Notes: generated by a model from the letters alone, not told the origin. 60,169 bases of DNA from a bacterium (GCA_021811265.1 JAJZPH010000006.1:1-60169); one strand, 5' to 3'; positions 46,558 to 56,922 are shown, counted from the stretch's first letter. Numbers and translations are program-made.

Positions 46558-48321
46558 ATGCCCATTTTTACAAAAGAGAGCTTGGAAAAACTCAGAGAGA
46601 GAATTGATCTCGTCGAAGTGCTTTCTCCCTATGTACAATTTACAAAGGCGGGAGCTTTTTTCAAAGCTTGCTGTCCTTTTCATGATGAAAAGACCCCCTC
46701 TTTTATGATCCAGAGGGGGGACAGCCACTATCATTGCTATGGCTGTGGAGCACATGGAGATGCCATTGGCTTTCTCATGAATCATCAAAAGATGAGCTTT
46801 TTGGATGCCGTAGAATCTTTGGCAGAAAAGTTTCAGGTTTCTTTAGAGATGGTGGCAGGACACAATGATGAAGATAAGCAGAAAAGAGCGCTTCTCAAGG
46901 AGGTAAATGAAAAGGCGGCCTATTTTTTCCATTTTCTTCTTTTGCATAGTGAAGAGGGAAGAGAGGCTCTTTCCTATCTCTATGAGCGAGGAATTGATTT
47001 GGAGATGATCCAAGCTTTTCAGCTGGGATTCGCTTCTAAAGATCCGAAGCTTTTTCAAAAGATGCTCACTGCCCAAAAGATCAAGCGAGAGCTTTTAGAA
47101 GAGGCTGGCCTCGTCCATCCTTCGGGAAGAGATTTTTTCCAAGAGCGTATTATGATTCCGATCCAAGATGCGATGGGCTCTGTGGTCGGATTCAGCGCAA
47201 GGAAGTTTCGCGAAGAGACCTTTGGCCCCAAATATATCAACACTCCAGAAACCCTTCTTTTTAAAAAATCAAAGATTCTTTTTGGCTACTTCCAGTCACG
47301 TAGAAAAATTGCCAAGCAAAGAGAGGCGATTATTGTGGAGGGGCAGATCGATGCAATGCGCCTGATTCATGGGGGATTCGACTATACGATCGCGTCGCAA
47401 GGGACCGCTTTTACCGAATCGCACGCCGAAGAGCTGATCCATTTGGGGGTGAGTAGAGTTTTTCTTGCCTTTGATGGAGATTCTGCTGGGCAAGAGGCGG
47501 CTGCTAAGGTAGGACACCTCTTTCAAAAGCGGGCCATTGAGGCCTTCGTTCTTTCTCTTCCTGAAAAACAGGATCCCGATCTGATCTTGCGAGAAGAGGG
47601 CCCGGGTGCCTGGCAGGACTATTTGGACAAGAGCCTTGACTATTTGACCTTTCTTGTGAGAAAGCATGCGGAAAAAGTCAATATGGACTCTCCTGCTGCC
47701 AAGGCGGAGATGGTAGAATCCCTTGCCCATAAAATCCGCGAGTGGGACCAGCCGCTGATGGTCCATGAGAGTCTTAAAAAATTGGCACGACTGACGCAGA
47801 CATCAGAATCGATGCTTTTGCACAACGAAGAAAGTCCCAACCTCTTTTTGAAGAGCTTCGACCATGTGACGGCCTCCGCCTTTGATCCCGATCTGATTTT
47901 GGAAAGCGATCTATTGCGTCTTCTTATTTTTTTTGGCGCAACGAAAAAAGATCTGATCGCCAAGGCTTTTTTGCACTTAAAAGAGACAGATTTTAGAACT
48001 GATGTGGGCCGGCGTCTCTTTCTTCTCTGTTCAGAGGCAAACCAGCAAGGCCGTTCTTTTGATCTTCTTTCTTTAGCCATCGACCTCAAAGAAGAATCCG
48101 ACCAGACCTTTCTCTCCGAGCTTTTGGCAAAAAAACTTCCCGAAGAAAGAGCAGAAGATTTTTTTATCCAGACTTTGCAAAAAATTTTAGATCGCGAATG
48201 GATGAGCCGCCGCGAGGTAATACGCCAAAAGATTCAAAGCGCAAAGTGTTCTCACGAAGAAGCCCTTCTTTTGGCCAAAGAATTTGACGAAATCAAAAAG
48301 AACCGTCCCCAAATTTTGTAG
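46558..48321 (+). CDS. dnaG: DNA primase
   Basis: CPFHDEKTPSF, CYGCG, PKYINTPET, IVEGQID, FDGDSAG. Confidence 0.97.
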   Translation: MPIFTKESLEKLRERIDLVEVLSPYVQFTKAGAFFKACCPFHDEKTPSFMIQRGDSHYHCYGCGAHGDAIGFLMNHQKMSFLDAVESLAEKFQVSLEMVAGHNDEDKQKRALLKEVNEKAAYFFHFLLLHSEEGREALSYLYERGIDLEMIQAFQLGFASKDPKLFQKMLTAQKIKRELLEEAGLVHPSGRDFFQERIMIPIQDAMGSVVGFSARKFREETFGPKYINTPETLLFKKSKILFGYFQSRRKIAKQREAIIVEGQIDAMRLIHGGFDYTIASQGTAFTESHAEELIHLGVSRVFLAFDGDSAGQEAAAKVGHLFQKRAIEAFVLSLPEKQDPDLILREEGPGAWQDYLDKSLDYLTFLVRKHAEKVNMDSPAAKAEMVESLAHKIREWDQPLMVHESLKKLARLTQTSESMLLHNEESPNLFLKSFDHVTASAFDPDLILESDLLRLLIFFGATKKDLIAKAFLHLKETDFRTDVGRRLFLLCSEANQQGRSFDLLSLAIDLKEESDQTFLSELLAKKLPEERAEDFFIQTLQKILDREWMSRREVIRQKIQSAKCSHEEALLLAKEFDEIKKNRPQIL

Positions 48322-48329
48322 GCATTTTC

Positions 48330-49712
48330 TTAGAGATCGAGCTGCAGATGCTCTTGTACAACAGGGACAAGATCGCCGATGGCAACGCGTTTCTGTTTCA
48401 GAGTGTCGCGATCGCGAATAGTTACTGTCTGATTTTCTAAAGTTTCAAAATCTATTGTGATGCAATAAGGAGTGCCCAGCTCATCTTGACGACGATAGCG
48501 GCGGCCAATGGCTCCCCCTTCGTCATATTCTGTGTTCCAATGTTTTTTTAGCAAAAGATAGACTTCACGTGCTTTTTCTACGAGAGCCTCCTTTTTCATC
48601 AAAGGAAAGACAGCGCATTTCACAGGTGCAATCTTGGGAGAAAAATGGAGAACGGTGCGCATTTCGCCATTTTCAAGCGTCTCTTCATCATAGGCGTTGC
48701 ATAAGAGGGCCAAGATAGTGCGATCCACTCCAAAAGTGGGTTCCACGACGTGGGGAATGAAACGTTCTTTAGTTTCAGGATTGGTATATTCGAGAGGAAC
48801 TTTGGAAAATTCAGCGTGGCGTTTCAGATCAAAATCGGTGCGGTAGGCGATGCCATAGAGCTCGCTTCTTCCAAAGGGAAAATCGTAGACGATATCCACA
48901 GTTCTTTTGGAATAATGAGAAAGCTCTTCTTTGCTATGCTCTTTTTCGTGCACTTTGTTCGGATCGAGTCCAATGAGCGCACACCAGTTATGCATACATG
49001 AGAGCCAATCGGTAAATGTTTTTTCCCAATTCTTCTCTTCAATAAAATACTCGATTTCCATTTGCTCGAATTCAATCACGCGAAAGATGAAATTCCCCGG
49101 AGTGATCTCATTGCGAAAGGCTTTACCAATTTGGGCAATTCCAAAGGGGATCTTGACCCGCATGGTATCGATTATGTTTTTGTAGTCCAAAAAGATGGCC
49201 TGCGCCGTTTCAGGACGCAGGTAGGCTACCTCTTCTCCGCCCGTTTTGCTCATAGGAGTATGGAACATCAAATTGAAGGTGCGGGCATCGGTAAAGTTTT
49301 TAGATCCGCATTTAGGACAATGGATCCCTTTTTCTTTAACAAAAAGAGTCATGTCGCTCAGTGACATTCCCACTACTTCTTTTCCTAAAACATCTTCGAT
49401 AAGATGGTCGACGCGGAAACGGCTTTTACAATCTTTGCAGTCGATGAGTGCATCGTTAAAACCCTCCAAATGTCCAGAGGCTTTCCAAGCTTGCGGATGC
49501 AATAAGATCGGTCCGTCAATACCCACCATGTCTTCGCGTTCATGCACAAAAGTTTTCCAGAAGAGATCTTTGACGTTTTTTTTCAGCTCTGCGCCATAGG
49601 GTCCATAGGAATAGGTGTTGGCAAAGCCTCCGTAAATTTCCGAACCTGGATAGACAAAGCCTCTTCTCTTGCAAAGAGCGACAATGGGTTTTAAAGAATC
49701 GATCTTAGACAT
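48330..49712 (-). CDS. glyS: Glycine--tRNA ligase, homodimeric (alpha2) type
   Basis: LCKRRGF..GSEIYGG, WKASGH, LRPETAQ, FRNEITPGNFIFR, IGRRYRRQDE.GTP. Confidence 0.93.
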   Translation of the reverse strand: MSKIDSLKPIVALCKRRGFVYPGSEIYGGFANTYSYGPYGAELKKNVKDLFWKTFVHEREDMVGIDGPILLHPQAWKASGHLEGFNDALIDCKDCKSRFRVDHLIEDVLGKEVVGMSLSDMTLFVKEKGIHCPKCGSKNFTDARTFNLMFHTPMSKTGGEEVAYLRPETAQAIFLDYKNIIDTMRVKIPFGIAQIGKAFRNEITPGNFIFRVIEFEQMEIEYFIEEKNWEKTFTDWLSCMHNWCALIGLDPNKVHEKEHSKEELSHYSKRTVDIVYDFPFGRSELYGIAYRTDFDLKRHAEFSKVPLEYTNPETKERFIPHVVEPTFGVDRTILALLCNAYDEETLENGEMRTVLHFSPKIAPVKCAVFPLMKKEALVEKAREVYLLLKKHWNTEYDEGGAIGRRYRRQDELGTPYCITIDFETLENQTVTIRDRDTLKQKRVAIGDLVPVVQEHLQLDL

Positions 49713-49815
49713 ATAGCACCATAAAAAGCCGCTAAGGGCTCTTTTTTCCTCAACTTTTATCAGGTTGACCTGAAAAGGAAAAGAGATTTATTCTTTCATA
49801 GTAAGAGAAAAAGCC

Positions 49816-50598
49816 ATGAATATTGAGCCTCCCTTTTTTTCCATTGTTCTGATCGTGCCCGACTCTTACCATCTTGTCCTTGTGACGATCAACAGCTTGT
49901 GCGAGCAAACCTTTCAAGATTTTGAGCTGATCGTTGTCGAACATGGTCTTCCTGAAAGCGACATGGAGATGTTGAAAAATTCACTGCCGCAAATTACCAA
50001 AATACATTCTTCTTACCTGCAAGATCATGCTCGTTTGATGAATAAAGGGCTTGGTTTTGCAAAAGGAAAGTATGTGCAGTTTCTTCTGCCAGGAGATGTG
50101 CTGCTGTCCAAACATGTCCTATTAGAACTTAAAAAGAAGATGGAGGAGAATGATTTTCCTCAGATTGTAGCAAGCGGATATTTGGATCGCGAAGAGAAAA
50201 AAACAGGCGATGTCATCTGTCGTCCTCTTTTATTGGATGTCTTAAAAAAAGGACAAATGCCTACCCGGCTACAATCCATCTATTTTTTAAGAATCGTTTT
50301 AGAAGAGGCGCATGGATTCAACAAACGTTACCAGTATCGCGAAGATTTTGAGCTTTTATGTCGTTTATTAAAAAACAAAAAGAGAAAGATTTTCTTTGTT
50401 CCACGCATCTTTGTCGATTATGTCTTTAGAAGAAAAAACACGAAGCAATTCCTCGGAGTAGAATGGGAAACCATGCGCGTTCTCTATCGACATTTTGGTG
50501 TGGTGACCCTTTTTCTCTGGCTTTTTTTTCAAAACCACTTTCACCTGTTCGAATGGTGGTTCCGTTCCATCAAACAAGACTTTTTTCGCAGAGCCTAG
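49816..50598 (+). CDS. Family 2 glycosyltransferase
   Basis: FSIV, QTFQDFELIVV, MNKGL..AKGKY, EDFEL. Confidence 0.8.
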   Translation: MNIEPPFFSIVLIVPDSYHLVLVTINSLCEQTFQDFELIVVEHGLPESDMEMLKNSLPQITKIHSSYLQDHARLMNKGLGFAKGKYVQFLLPGDVLLSKHVLLELKKKMEENDFPQIVASGYLDREEKKTGDVICRPLLLDVLKKGQMPTRLQSIYFLRIVLEEAHGFNKRYQYREDFELLCRLLKNKKRKIFFVPRIFVDYVFRRKNTKQFLGVEWETMRVLYRHFGVVTLFLWLFFQNHFHLFEWWFRSIKQDFFRRA

Positions 50599-50756
50599 AC
50601 AGCTAACATATTCACAATGAGAGACTTTTAATCTGCCAAATGCAAATTGTTTCGCAGAAGCAAGGCAATTACAAGAAGGCCAGACTTTTCTCAGAAACAG
50701 CTTGAAAATTTTACCCATTTGAGATAAAATGCTTTCTGTTTTTAGGAGCAAATGAT

Positions 50757-50975
50757 ATGGAGATCGCACAAGTTGGTATACATCCTCAGCTGCGCATGCA
50801 GAAAGAAGTTTGCTATGCGATTTTGCGTATGCATGCTCTCAATGATTCTCTTATAAGGCAAATGCTTGCCAATATACAAAAGGTGATAGAGGCGCATCAA
50901 GAAGCTTCTTGTCAGATGCATATGGCCCGATGTGCTATTGAACAGAGGCTTGTGCGTTTTGTTCCGATCCTTTAA
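50757..50975 (+). CDS. Small hypothetical protein
   Basis: 72 aa ORF with AGGAG upstream; fills gap before pgsA. Confidence 0.35.
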   Translation: MEIAQVGIHPQLRMQKEVCYAILRMHALNDSLIRQMLANIQKVIEAHQEASCQMHMARCAIEQRLVRFVPIL

Positions 50976-51010
50976 TCTTTCAGATATCTTCAGATTTTTT
51001 GGGCTGTTTC

Positions 51011-51598
51011 ATGTACATTGCGCATTATTTTACTTTTTTGAGGATTCTCATTATCCCATTTTTTCCTCTGGTCTATCTGGAGTATGAAAAGTTAGGCATT
51101 GGCCCTACAAAGATGCCTTATGTTTTGCTGGGAATTTTGTTTATTTGCGCGCTCAGCGATCTGGTGGATGGCTTTATTGCAAGGAAAAGAAATGAGGTGA
51201 GTGATCTTGGGAAAATATTAGACCCCATGGCAGATAGTATCACCAACATCATCGTTTTTTTTACGTTTACACAAGGATGGGTCTCGATCCCTCTACTGCT
51301 TGTTTTCGTTTTTATTTATAGAGAGTTTATCATCAGCACTCTGAGAACTGTCTGCGCGTTGAAAGGGTGTGCTCTTGCAGCCAGAAAAAGCGGCAAGATC
51401 AAAACCATTTTGCAGATAGGGGTTAACTTTTTCATTGTCTTTGCGCTGGTGGTCTTTACTCAGGGCTTGGTTTCTATAGAAGATCTGCGCTTGTGGAGTT
51501 TTTATGCAGTAGCTATTGCTGCTTTCTACAGCGTTTTTTCTGCAATCGACTATCTCTATTCCAACCGTATCTACTTGAAAAAAGTCTTTGTGCCCTAA
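51011..51598 (+). CDS. pgsA: CDP-diacylglycerol--glycerol-3-phosphate 3-phosphatidyltransferase
   Basis: D..DG..AR.....S..G..LDP.AD motif, REF, GK.KT. Confidence 0.92.
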   Translation: MYIAHYFTFLRILIIPFFPLVYLEYEKLGIGPTKMPYVLLGILFICALSDLVDGFIARKRNEVSDLGKILDPMADSITNIIVFFTFTQGWVSIPLLLVFVFIYREFIISTLRTVCALKGCALAARKSGKIKTILQIGVNFFIVFALVVFTQGLVSIEDLRLWSFYAVAIAAFYSVFSAIDYLYSNRIYLKKVFVP

Positions 51599-51601
51599 AA
51601 A

Positions 51602-53059
51602 TTAACTGACAAGCTTTCTGTAAAGCTCTAGGTATTTGTCAGCAGATCGTTTCCAAGAAAAGTCTTGCCTCATGATCCTTCCGACCAGATGGTGCCAGCG
51701 CTCGGTTCCGGTAAGCCATAGCTGAAGAGCACGATCTAGTGTTGCTTGTACTTTGTCTTTGGAAAACTCTTCGAAGACAAAGCCATTTCTGTCTTTTTCT
51801 GGCGTCTTTGACTCCTGGAGGTCGAAAACAGTATCGGCGAGCCCTCCCGTTTTGCGCACGATGGGAATGGTGCCATAGCGCAGAGCAATCATCTGCGTCA
51901 GGCCGCAAGGCTCAAATTGCGAAGGAATGATGAGCATATCGCTAGCGCCATAGAGAAGGTGGGCAAGTTTTTCATTAAACTCAAAGCAGAAAGAGACGTT
52001 GGGGTTGGTTTTCAACTCTTCCTTGAGAGCAGAAAACTCTTCTTGGAGCTCAGGCGTTGGCGAGGAAGCTAGCAAAACAAATTGTCCGCCCTGTTTTAGA
52101 GTATGAAGAAGAGCCTCGCGAATCAGCTCTGGCCCCTTTTGCACAACGAGTCTACCGATGCAGGCCACAAGAGGCATTCCACTTTCTTTGAGGCGCAGCT
52201 CTTTGCGCAGGGCTTTTTTATTTTTTTCTTTGGCTTTGAGAATTTTTTTGAGAGGATCGTTGCTGGCGTAGGTGGCAAAAAGCGAAGGATCTTCCTCGGG
52301 GTTCCAGATAGAGGTGTCGATGCCATTGAGAATGCCGACGAGCTTTTTTTGATGGTAGGCGAGAGTGGGTTCAAGGCCCTCTGCTCGATGTAGGATCTCT
52401 TGGGCATAGGTAGGAGAGACCGTTGTAATGAGGTTGGCGTAGCCAATGCCTCCTTTGAGCAGGTTGAGCATATGAGGAGAAGAAGGATCTTGGAGTTTGT
52501 CATAAGAAAGAAAGGACGCTGCAGGCACTCCCAAGTGATCGAGATCGATAGGGAGGCATTTTCCTTGGTAGGCGATATTGTGAATCGTGAGCAGAATTTT
52601 TTTCTCTTTGAGAGAGGGATAATAGTCGCGTGCAAGGGGAGCAATCAGTGAAGTGTGCCATTCATGAATATGGATGAGATCAAATTCGTTAGATCTTTGC
52701 GATAAATAGTCGGCACAAGTTTTACTAAAATAGAGAAAGCGTAACAGATCATCCTCGTAGCCGTAGATTTGGCCTCGGTCAAAATATCCGGAGGGATGGT
52801 GGGGTTCGACGAAAAGAAGTCTAACCTTTCCCGACCTTCCTTCCCAGATGGTGTTCTCGTAAAGGAACCCTCTTTCAAATGTTTTGGTCACTGCGAGAGC
52901 TTTGAGTCCCTTATTGGGTATGGTCTTGTATTTGGGGAGGATGACAGTGATCTCGTGTCCCTCTTCTGCTAAATGATGGGAAAGGCCATGGAGAACATCG
53001 CCAAGACCTCCCACTTTTGCAATGGTTGCCATTTCTGCAGCTACATGGATGATACGCAT
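51602..53059 (-). CDS. glgA: Glycogen synthase
   Basis: KVGGLGDV, HIHEWH, TIHNIAYQG, RLVVQKG, PSQFEPCGLTQM, TGGLADTV. Confidence 0.96.
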   Translation of the reverse strand: MRIIHVAAEMATIAKVGGLGDVLHGLSHHLAEEGHEITVILPKYKTIPNKGLKALAVTKTFERGFLYENTIWEGRSGKVRLLFVEPHHPSGYFDRGQIYGYEDDLLRFLYFSKTCADYLSQRSNEFDLIHIHEWHTSLIAPLARDYYPSLKEKKILLTIHNIAYQGKCLPIDLDHLGVPAASFLSYDKLQDPSSPHMLNLLKGGIGYANLITTVSPTYAQEILHRAEGLEPTLAYHQKKLVGILNGIDTSIWNPEEDPSLFATYASNDPLKKILKAKEKNKKALRKELRLKESGMPLVACIGRLVVQKGPELIREALLHTLKQGGQFVLLASSPTPELQEEFSALKEELKTNPNVSFCFEFNEKLAHLLYGASDMLIIPSQFEPCGLTQMIALRYGTIPIVRKTGGLADTVFDLQESKTPEKDRNGFVFEEFSKDKVQATLDRALQLWLTGTERWHHLVGRIMRQDFSWKRSADKYLELYRKLVS

Positions 53060-53232
53060 ACAATACCTTGAGTTAAACAGCCTTGCACGCTCGCTTCCTT
53101 AAAATGGAGTGGCTTGTTTGATTTGAAGGAAACAGAAAATTATTTTTTCTGCAAGAGAAAAGCTCCTATAAGTTTTCTTGTGAAAAACGCTATAAAACAG
53201 TACAAAGAAAAATGCTCAAGACAATCCGATCC

Positions 53233-53261
53233 TTGAAAAAATACTCTTCCTTGCATAAAAT
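53233..53261 (+). promoter_or_regulatory. Putative sigma66/70 promoter for tRNA-Gln/prs
   Basis: TTGAAA-17 bp-TAAAAT, 30 bp upstream of the tRNA. Confidence 0.5.
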
Positions 53262-53291
53262 GAGCACATTATTTTCTTTGTTTGATTCCAT

Positions 53292-53363
53292 TGGGGTGTC
53301 GCCAAGCGGTAAGGCAGCGGGTTTTGGTCCCGCCATGCGGAGGTTCGAATCCTTCCACCCCAA
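53292..53363 (+). tRNA. tRNA-Gln(TTG)
   Basis: Acceptor TGGGGTG/CACCCCA; anticodon stem GCGGG-TTTTGGT-CCCGC; GGTTCGAATCC T-arm; CCA not encoded. Confidence 0.97.
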
Positions 53364-53380
53364 ATTTTTTTCAAGGCCGT

Positions 53381-54319
53381 ATGGGTCAAAGCGATTCTCT
53401 TTTAATTTTTTCTCTCTCTTCTCATCCTCTTCTCGCGAAGGAAATTGCTTCCCATTTGGGCAAATCTCCAGCAGAAGTATTGATCAAAAGCTATCCCGAT
53501 CATGAGACGGGAGTTCAGATTCTGGAAAGCGTGCGCAACAAAGATGTGTTTGTGGTACAGACCATTGCTCTTGAGCCCAACCACTATCTCATGGAACTAT
53601 TGATCATGATCGATGCCTTAAAAAGGGCGTCTGCCAGGTCCATTGTTGCAGTGATTCCTTATTATGGTTATGGAAGGCAGGATCGCAAGGACAAGGGGCG
53701 GGTTCCCATTACGGCAAAACTTGTAGCAGATCTTTTACAAAAGGCGGGGGCAACTCGGGTCATTACCATGGATCTGCATTCCGACCAGATTCAAGGTTTT
53801 TTTGATATTCCCTTAGATCATCTGCATGCGCTTCCCTTCTTGGTAGAGGGAATTCAAAAATTGTCTTTTCACAAAGGGATGATCGTGGCTCCTGATGTAG
53901 GAAGCAAGAAACTTTCGATCAAAGTAGCCGAGTGGCTAGGCTGGGATGTGGCGATCATTGACAAAAGACGTTTGGATGAGAACCGAGTAGAGATGAATGC
54001 GTTGATAGGAGATGTAGAGGGAAAAGAGGTGGTGATTGTAGATGATATCTGGTCAACGGGAGCCACACTCTCACTTTCCGCTCTGCTTTGTAAGAAAAAG
54101 GGGGCAAAAAGGATTGCCGCTGCCGTTGTTCATGGACCTTTTTCTGAAAATCCGACAGTGCCCAACGAGGTAGAAAAAATTTTAACTACCAATACGATTC
54201 CTTGTAAACATCAGTTGGATAAGGTTGAGGTAGTGTCTGTAGCATCTTTATTTGCTCAGGCAATTTCATGCATTTTGCATGCAAAATCTCTCTCTTCTCT
54301 CTACCATCAAGAACCTTGA
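53381..54319 (+). CDS. prs: Ribose-phosphate pyrophosphokinase
   Basis: LMELLIMIDALKRASA, PYYGYGRQDRK, DLHSDQIQGFF, VAPDVG, IVDDIWSTGAT; true start lies after the tRNA. Confidence 0.95.
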   Translation: MGQSDSLLIFSLSSHPLLAKEIASHLGKSPAEVLIKSYPDHETGVQILESVRNKDVFVVQTIALEPNHYLMELLIMIDALKRASARSIVAVIPYYGYGRQDRKDKGRVPITAKLVADLLQKAGATRVITMDLHSDQIQGFFDIPLDHLHALPFLVEGIQKLSFHKGMIVAPDVGSKKLSIKVAEWLGWDVAIIDKRRLDENRVEMNALIGDVEGKEVVIVDDIWSTGATLSLSALLCKKKGAKRIAAAVVHGPFSENPTVPNEVEKILTTNTIPCKHQLDKVEVVSVASLFAQAISCILHAKSLSSLYHQEP

Positions 54320-54468
54320 GAGCCTGCAAAGAAAAATCCCTCAAAAATCTTAAGATTTTTGGCTAAGGATAGGGCCTGTGTAGAAAAAAGATCTTTTTTT
54401 ACTTTCGCAAAAGGGCCCTCCGGATTAAAATAATCCATTCGAAGTAAAGTAAAAAAGCAGGAGAAGAA

Positions 54469-55032
54469 ATGGAACTTGCAATATTCCCGCGAAAAAGAAC
54501 CACTAAAGGTGATTTGAAAAAACTGCGCAAAGAGGGAGCTATCCCAGCGATCCTTTACTCTAAGGGACAAAAGAATGAGGATCTGTTTGTCAACGCCCAT
54601 GATTTTAGGAAAATTTTAAATGAAACAAAAAAGGGGCGGCTTGCGACCAGTGTATTTACATTGAAAGGCTCCAAGGAAAAATTTTCCGCGATCGTGAAGG
54701 AAATTCAATATGATGTGACCAGTTATGAAATTCTACATCTAGATTTTGAAAAACTTTCCGAAAAAGATAGGGTCAAAGTTTCTGTCCCTGTGGAATGCGT
54801 TGGCGAAGAGAATTGTGTGGGTGTTAAAGTAGGCGGTATTTTGAGACAAACCATTCGTTCATTGAGGGTTAGCTGTCTGCCACGCGATATTCCCCAATCT
54901 TTTCAATTGGATGTGAGTGGCTTAGAATTGGGACAGAACAAAAGAGTAAAGGACATAGAACTGCCGAAAGATGTAAAACCTTTAGCCAAAATGCAAGAAG
55001 TTATTGTTCTTGTCACAAAGCCACGTGCTTGA
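54469..55032 (+). CDS. rplY: 50S ribosomal protein L25/Ctc
   Basis: LRKEGAIPAILY, KEIQYD, ILHLDF, GVKVGG. Confidence 0.95.
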   Translation: MELAIFPRKRTTKGDLKKLRKEGAIPAILYSKGQKNEDLFVNAHDFRKILNETKKGRLATSVFTLKGSKEKFSAIVKEIQYDVTSYEILHLDFEKLSEKDRVKVSVPVECVGEENCVGVKVGGILRQTIRSLRVSCLPRDIPQSFQLDVSGLELGQNKRVKDIELPKDVKPLAKMQEVIVLVTKPRA

Positions 55033-55033
55033 G

Positions 55034-55627
55034 ATGGAAAGTTCCTCCGAGATCTACCTGATTGTAGGGCTTGGTAATCCTGGAAAGAAGTATGAAAAGA
55101 CCCGGCATAATGCGGGTTTTTTATCCGTGGGAGCTCTTGCGGAAAAGTGGGGGTGGAGTTATAAAAAATCGCTCAAGTTAAAGGGCTGGTTGGCAAAAGG
55201 AGTGATAGAAGACAAACATGTGGTGTTGCTGCTTCCCGCGACCTACATGAATTTGAGTGGGGAGTCGGTGGGATGTGTAGTAGACTATTTTGCAGTCAAG
55301 ACCAGCCATCTGCTCGTGGTTGTTGATGATGTGTATACCCCTTTTGGGGAGTTGCGCATGAGACAGAAGGGCAGTTGTGGAGGACATAAGGGACTGCAAA
55401 ATATAGAAATGGTTTTAGGGACGCAAGATTATACGCGACTGCGGATTGGTATTGGAGATAGGACAGAGGGAAGTTTGGAAGATTATGTACTCACATCCTT
55501 TAGTCTGTCGCAAGCAAAGGAGCTTCCCCAGATTCTACAGGAGTCTGTAGAGGTGATAGAGCTCTGGATAAAAGAAGGGATGAACCCAGCAATGAATCGA
55601 GCCAACAGGTCTCGGAAAAAAATTTAG
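55034..55627 (+). CDS. pth: Peptidyl-tRNA hydrolase
   Basis: LIVGLGNPG..Y..TRHNAGF, TYMNLSG, GGHKGL, RLRIGIG. Confidence 0.97.
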   Translation: MESSSEIYLIVGLGNPGKKYEKTRHNAGFLSVGALAEKWGWSYKKSLKLKGWLAKGVIEDKHVVLLLPATYMNLSGESVGCVVDYFAVKTSHLLVVVDDVYTPFGELRMRQKGSCGGHKGLQNIEMVLGTQDYTRLRIGIGDRTEGSLEDYVLTSFSLSQAKELPQILQESVEVIELWIKEGMNPAMNRANRSRKKI

Positions 55628-55641
55628 AGAGGTGCAACAGG

Positions 55642-55989
55642 ATGAAAACAGGAAAAGAGTGTCTTTACGAGGGGATGTACATCATTAATGCTACACTCAG
55701 CGAAGAAGCGAGAAAAAAAGCTTTGGACAAGATCATTAGCGGCATTGTCGAAAGAGGAGGAGAAGTACACAAGATCCACGACCAGGGAAGACGGCGCATG
55801 GCTTATGAAGTTCAGGGCAAAAGAGAGGGGTTTTACTATCTTCTCTATTTTTCACTTTCCCCTGTAAAGCAAAAAGAGCTGGTCAATGATTACCAGCTTC
55901 ATGAAGATCTCCTTCGATTTATGACGATGCGAACGGAAAAGATCTTAGAAACTTTGGAATTCAAACCACTCAAACCCATCGAGAGGTAA
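55642..55989 (+). CDS. rpsF: 30S ribosomal protein S6
   Basis: YEGMYI, GRRRMAYE, G.YYL; order rpsF-rpsR-rplI. Confidence 0.95.
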   Translation: MKTGKECLYEGMYIINATLSEEARKKALDKIISGIVERGGEVHKIHDQGRRRMAYEVQGKREGFYYLLYFSLSPVKQKELVNDYQLHEDLLRFMTMRTEKILETLEFKPLKPIER

Positions 55990-55992
55990 ACA

Positions 55993-56277
55993 ATGTCAAC
56001 AAGAGGATCATCGCCTACTGCAGAATATAAAAAACCAGGCATGTATGGTGCAGAGAGCGGCTTTGTGAAAAAGAAAAAGGAGTGTCCTTTTACTGCTGCT
56101 GGAGTAAAAACGATCGATTATAAAGATACAGAGACTTTGAAACAGTTCATCACGGAAAGAGGAAAAATTCTAGCAAGACGCATTACGGGAGTTTCTTTTT
56201 TTCACCAACAACTTTTAAAAAAGGCGATCAAGAGAGCGCGCTATATGGCTCTTTTACCCTTTGTAGCCGAAGATTGA
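55993..56277 (+). CDS. rpsR: 30S ribosomal protein S18
   Basis: [29 protein letters not shown]. Confidence 0.97.
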   Translation: MSTRGSSPTAEYKKPGMYGAESGFVKKKKECPFTAAGVKTIDYKDTETLKQFITERGKILARRITGVSFFHQQLLKKAIKRARYMALLPFVAED

Positions 56278-56288
56278 GGGAGTTTTTC

Positions 56289-56771
56289 ATGAGAAAGAAT
56301 GTTTTACTTATTGAAGATGTCGATGATTTGGGAAACAGTGGAGAGATCGTTTCCGTTCGTACTGGTTATGCTCGAAATTTTCTCCTTCCTCAAAAAAAGG
56401 GTATTATTCCTGGAAAACATACCCTCCGCATGCAGGAAAGGTTAAAAGAAGAAAGGGCCAAACGAGCTGTTTTGGATCGCACTGAAGCAGAAGAGTTGGC
56501 AGCCCGCCTTGCAGATGTCGTTTTGACAGCCCACGTCAAAGTAGATCCCGAAGGCAAGCTGTATGGTTCTGTTTCGGCACAAGATATTCTTGCCCTATTT
56601 CCTCCTGGACAGTTTGCTTTAGAGAAAAAGAATATTCATCTCAAAAGACCTATCAAAGAAATTGGAACGCATGAAGTTCTTTTGAAATTGAAAGAAGGCG
56701 TTTCGGTCACCATTCACTTAAAAGTGGTAGCCGAAGCAGAGAAGAGTGGAGAACCCCATCAAGAGAAATGA
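56289..56771 (+). CDS. rplI: 50S ribosomal protein L9
   Basis: DVDDLG..G.IVSV..GYARNFLLP, GKLYGSV, IK.IG. Confidence 0.96.
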   Translation: MRKNVLLIEDVDDLGNSGEIVSVRTGYARNFLLPQKKGIIPGKHTLRMQERLKEERAKRAVLDRTEAEELAARLADVVLTAHVKVDPEGKLYGSVSAQDILALFPPGQFALEKKNIHLKRPIKEIGTHEVLLKLKEGVSVTIHLKVVAEAEKSGEPHQEK

Positions 56772-56780
56772 TCTCTCTTT

Positions 56781-56852
56781 AGGAACTATCCAAGAATAAA
56801 ATGAACTATTTCGCGCTGGTCAAATAGTTCATTTTATTCTTGGACAGTTCCT
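56781..56852. repeat. Long near-perfect palindrome (31-bp arms, 10-nt loop)
   Basis: AGGAACTATCCAAGAATAAAATGAACTATTT-CGCGCTGGTC-AAATAGTTCATTTTATTCTTGGACAGTTCCT; one mismatch. Confidence 0.85.
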
Positions 56853-56922
56853 TGGGAGCCAGTAGCCCGGTGCTTTGGCGCTTCTTTAATAAAGAGCGTT
56901 CGAGACTATTTACGAGGAAAAA

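Noticed and set aside
53282-53380. N-terminal extension of prs and ORF 53212-53505
   Set aside because: They overlap tRNA-Gln; prs starts at ATG 53381
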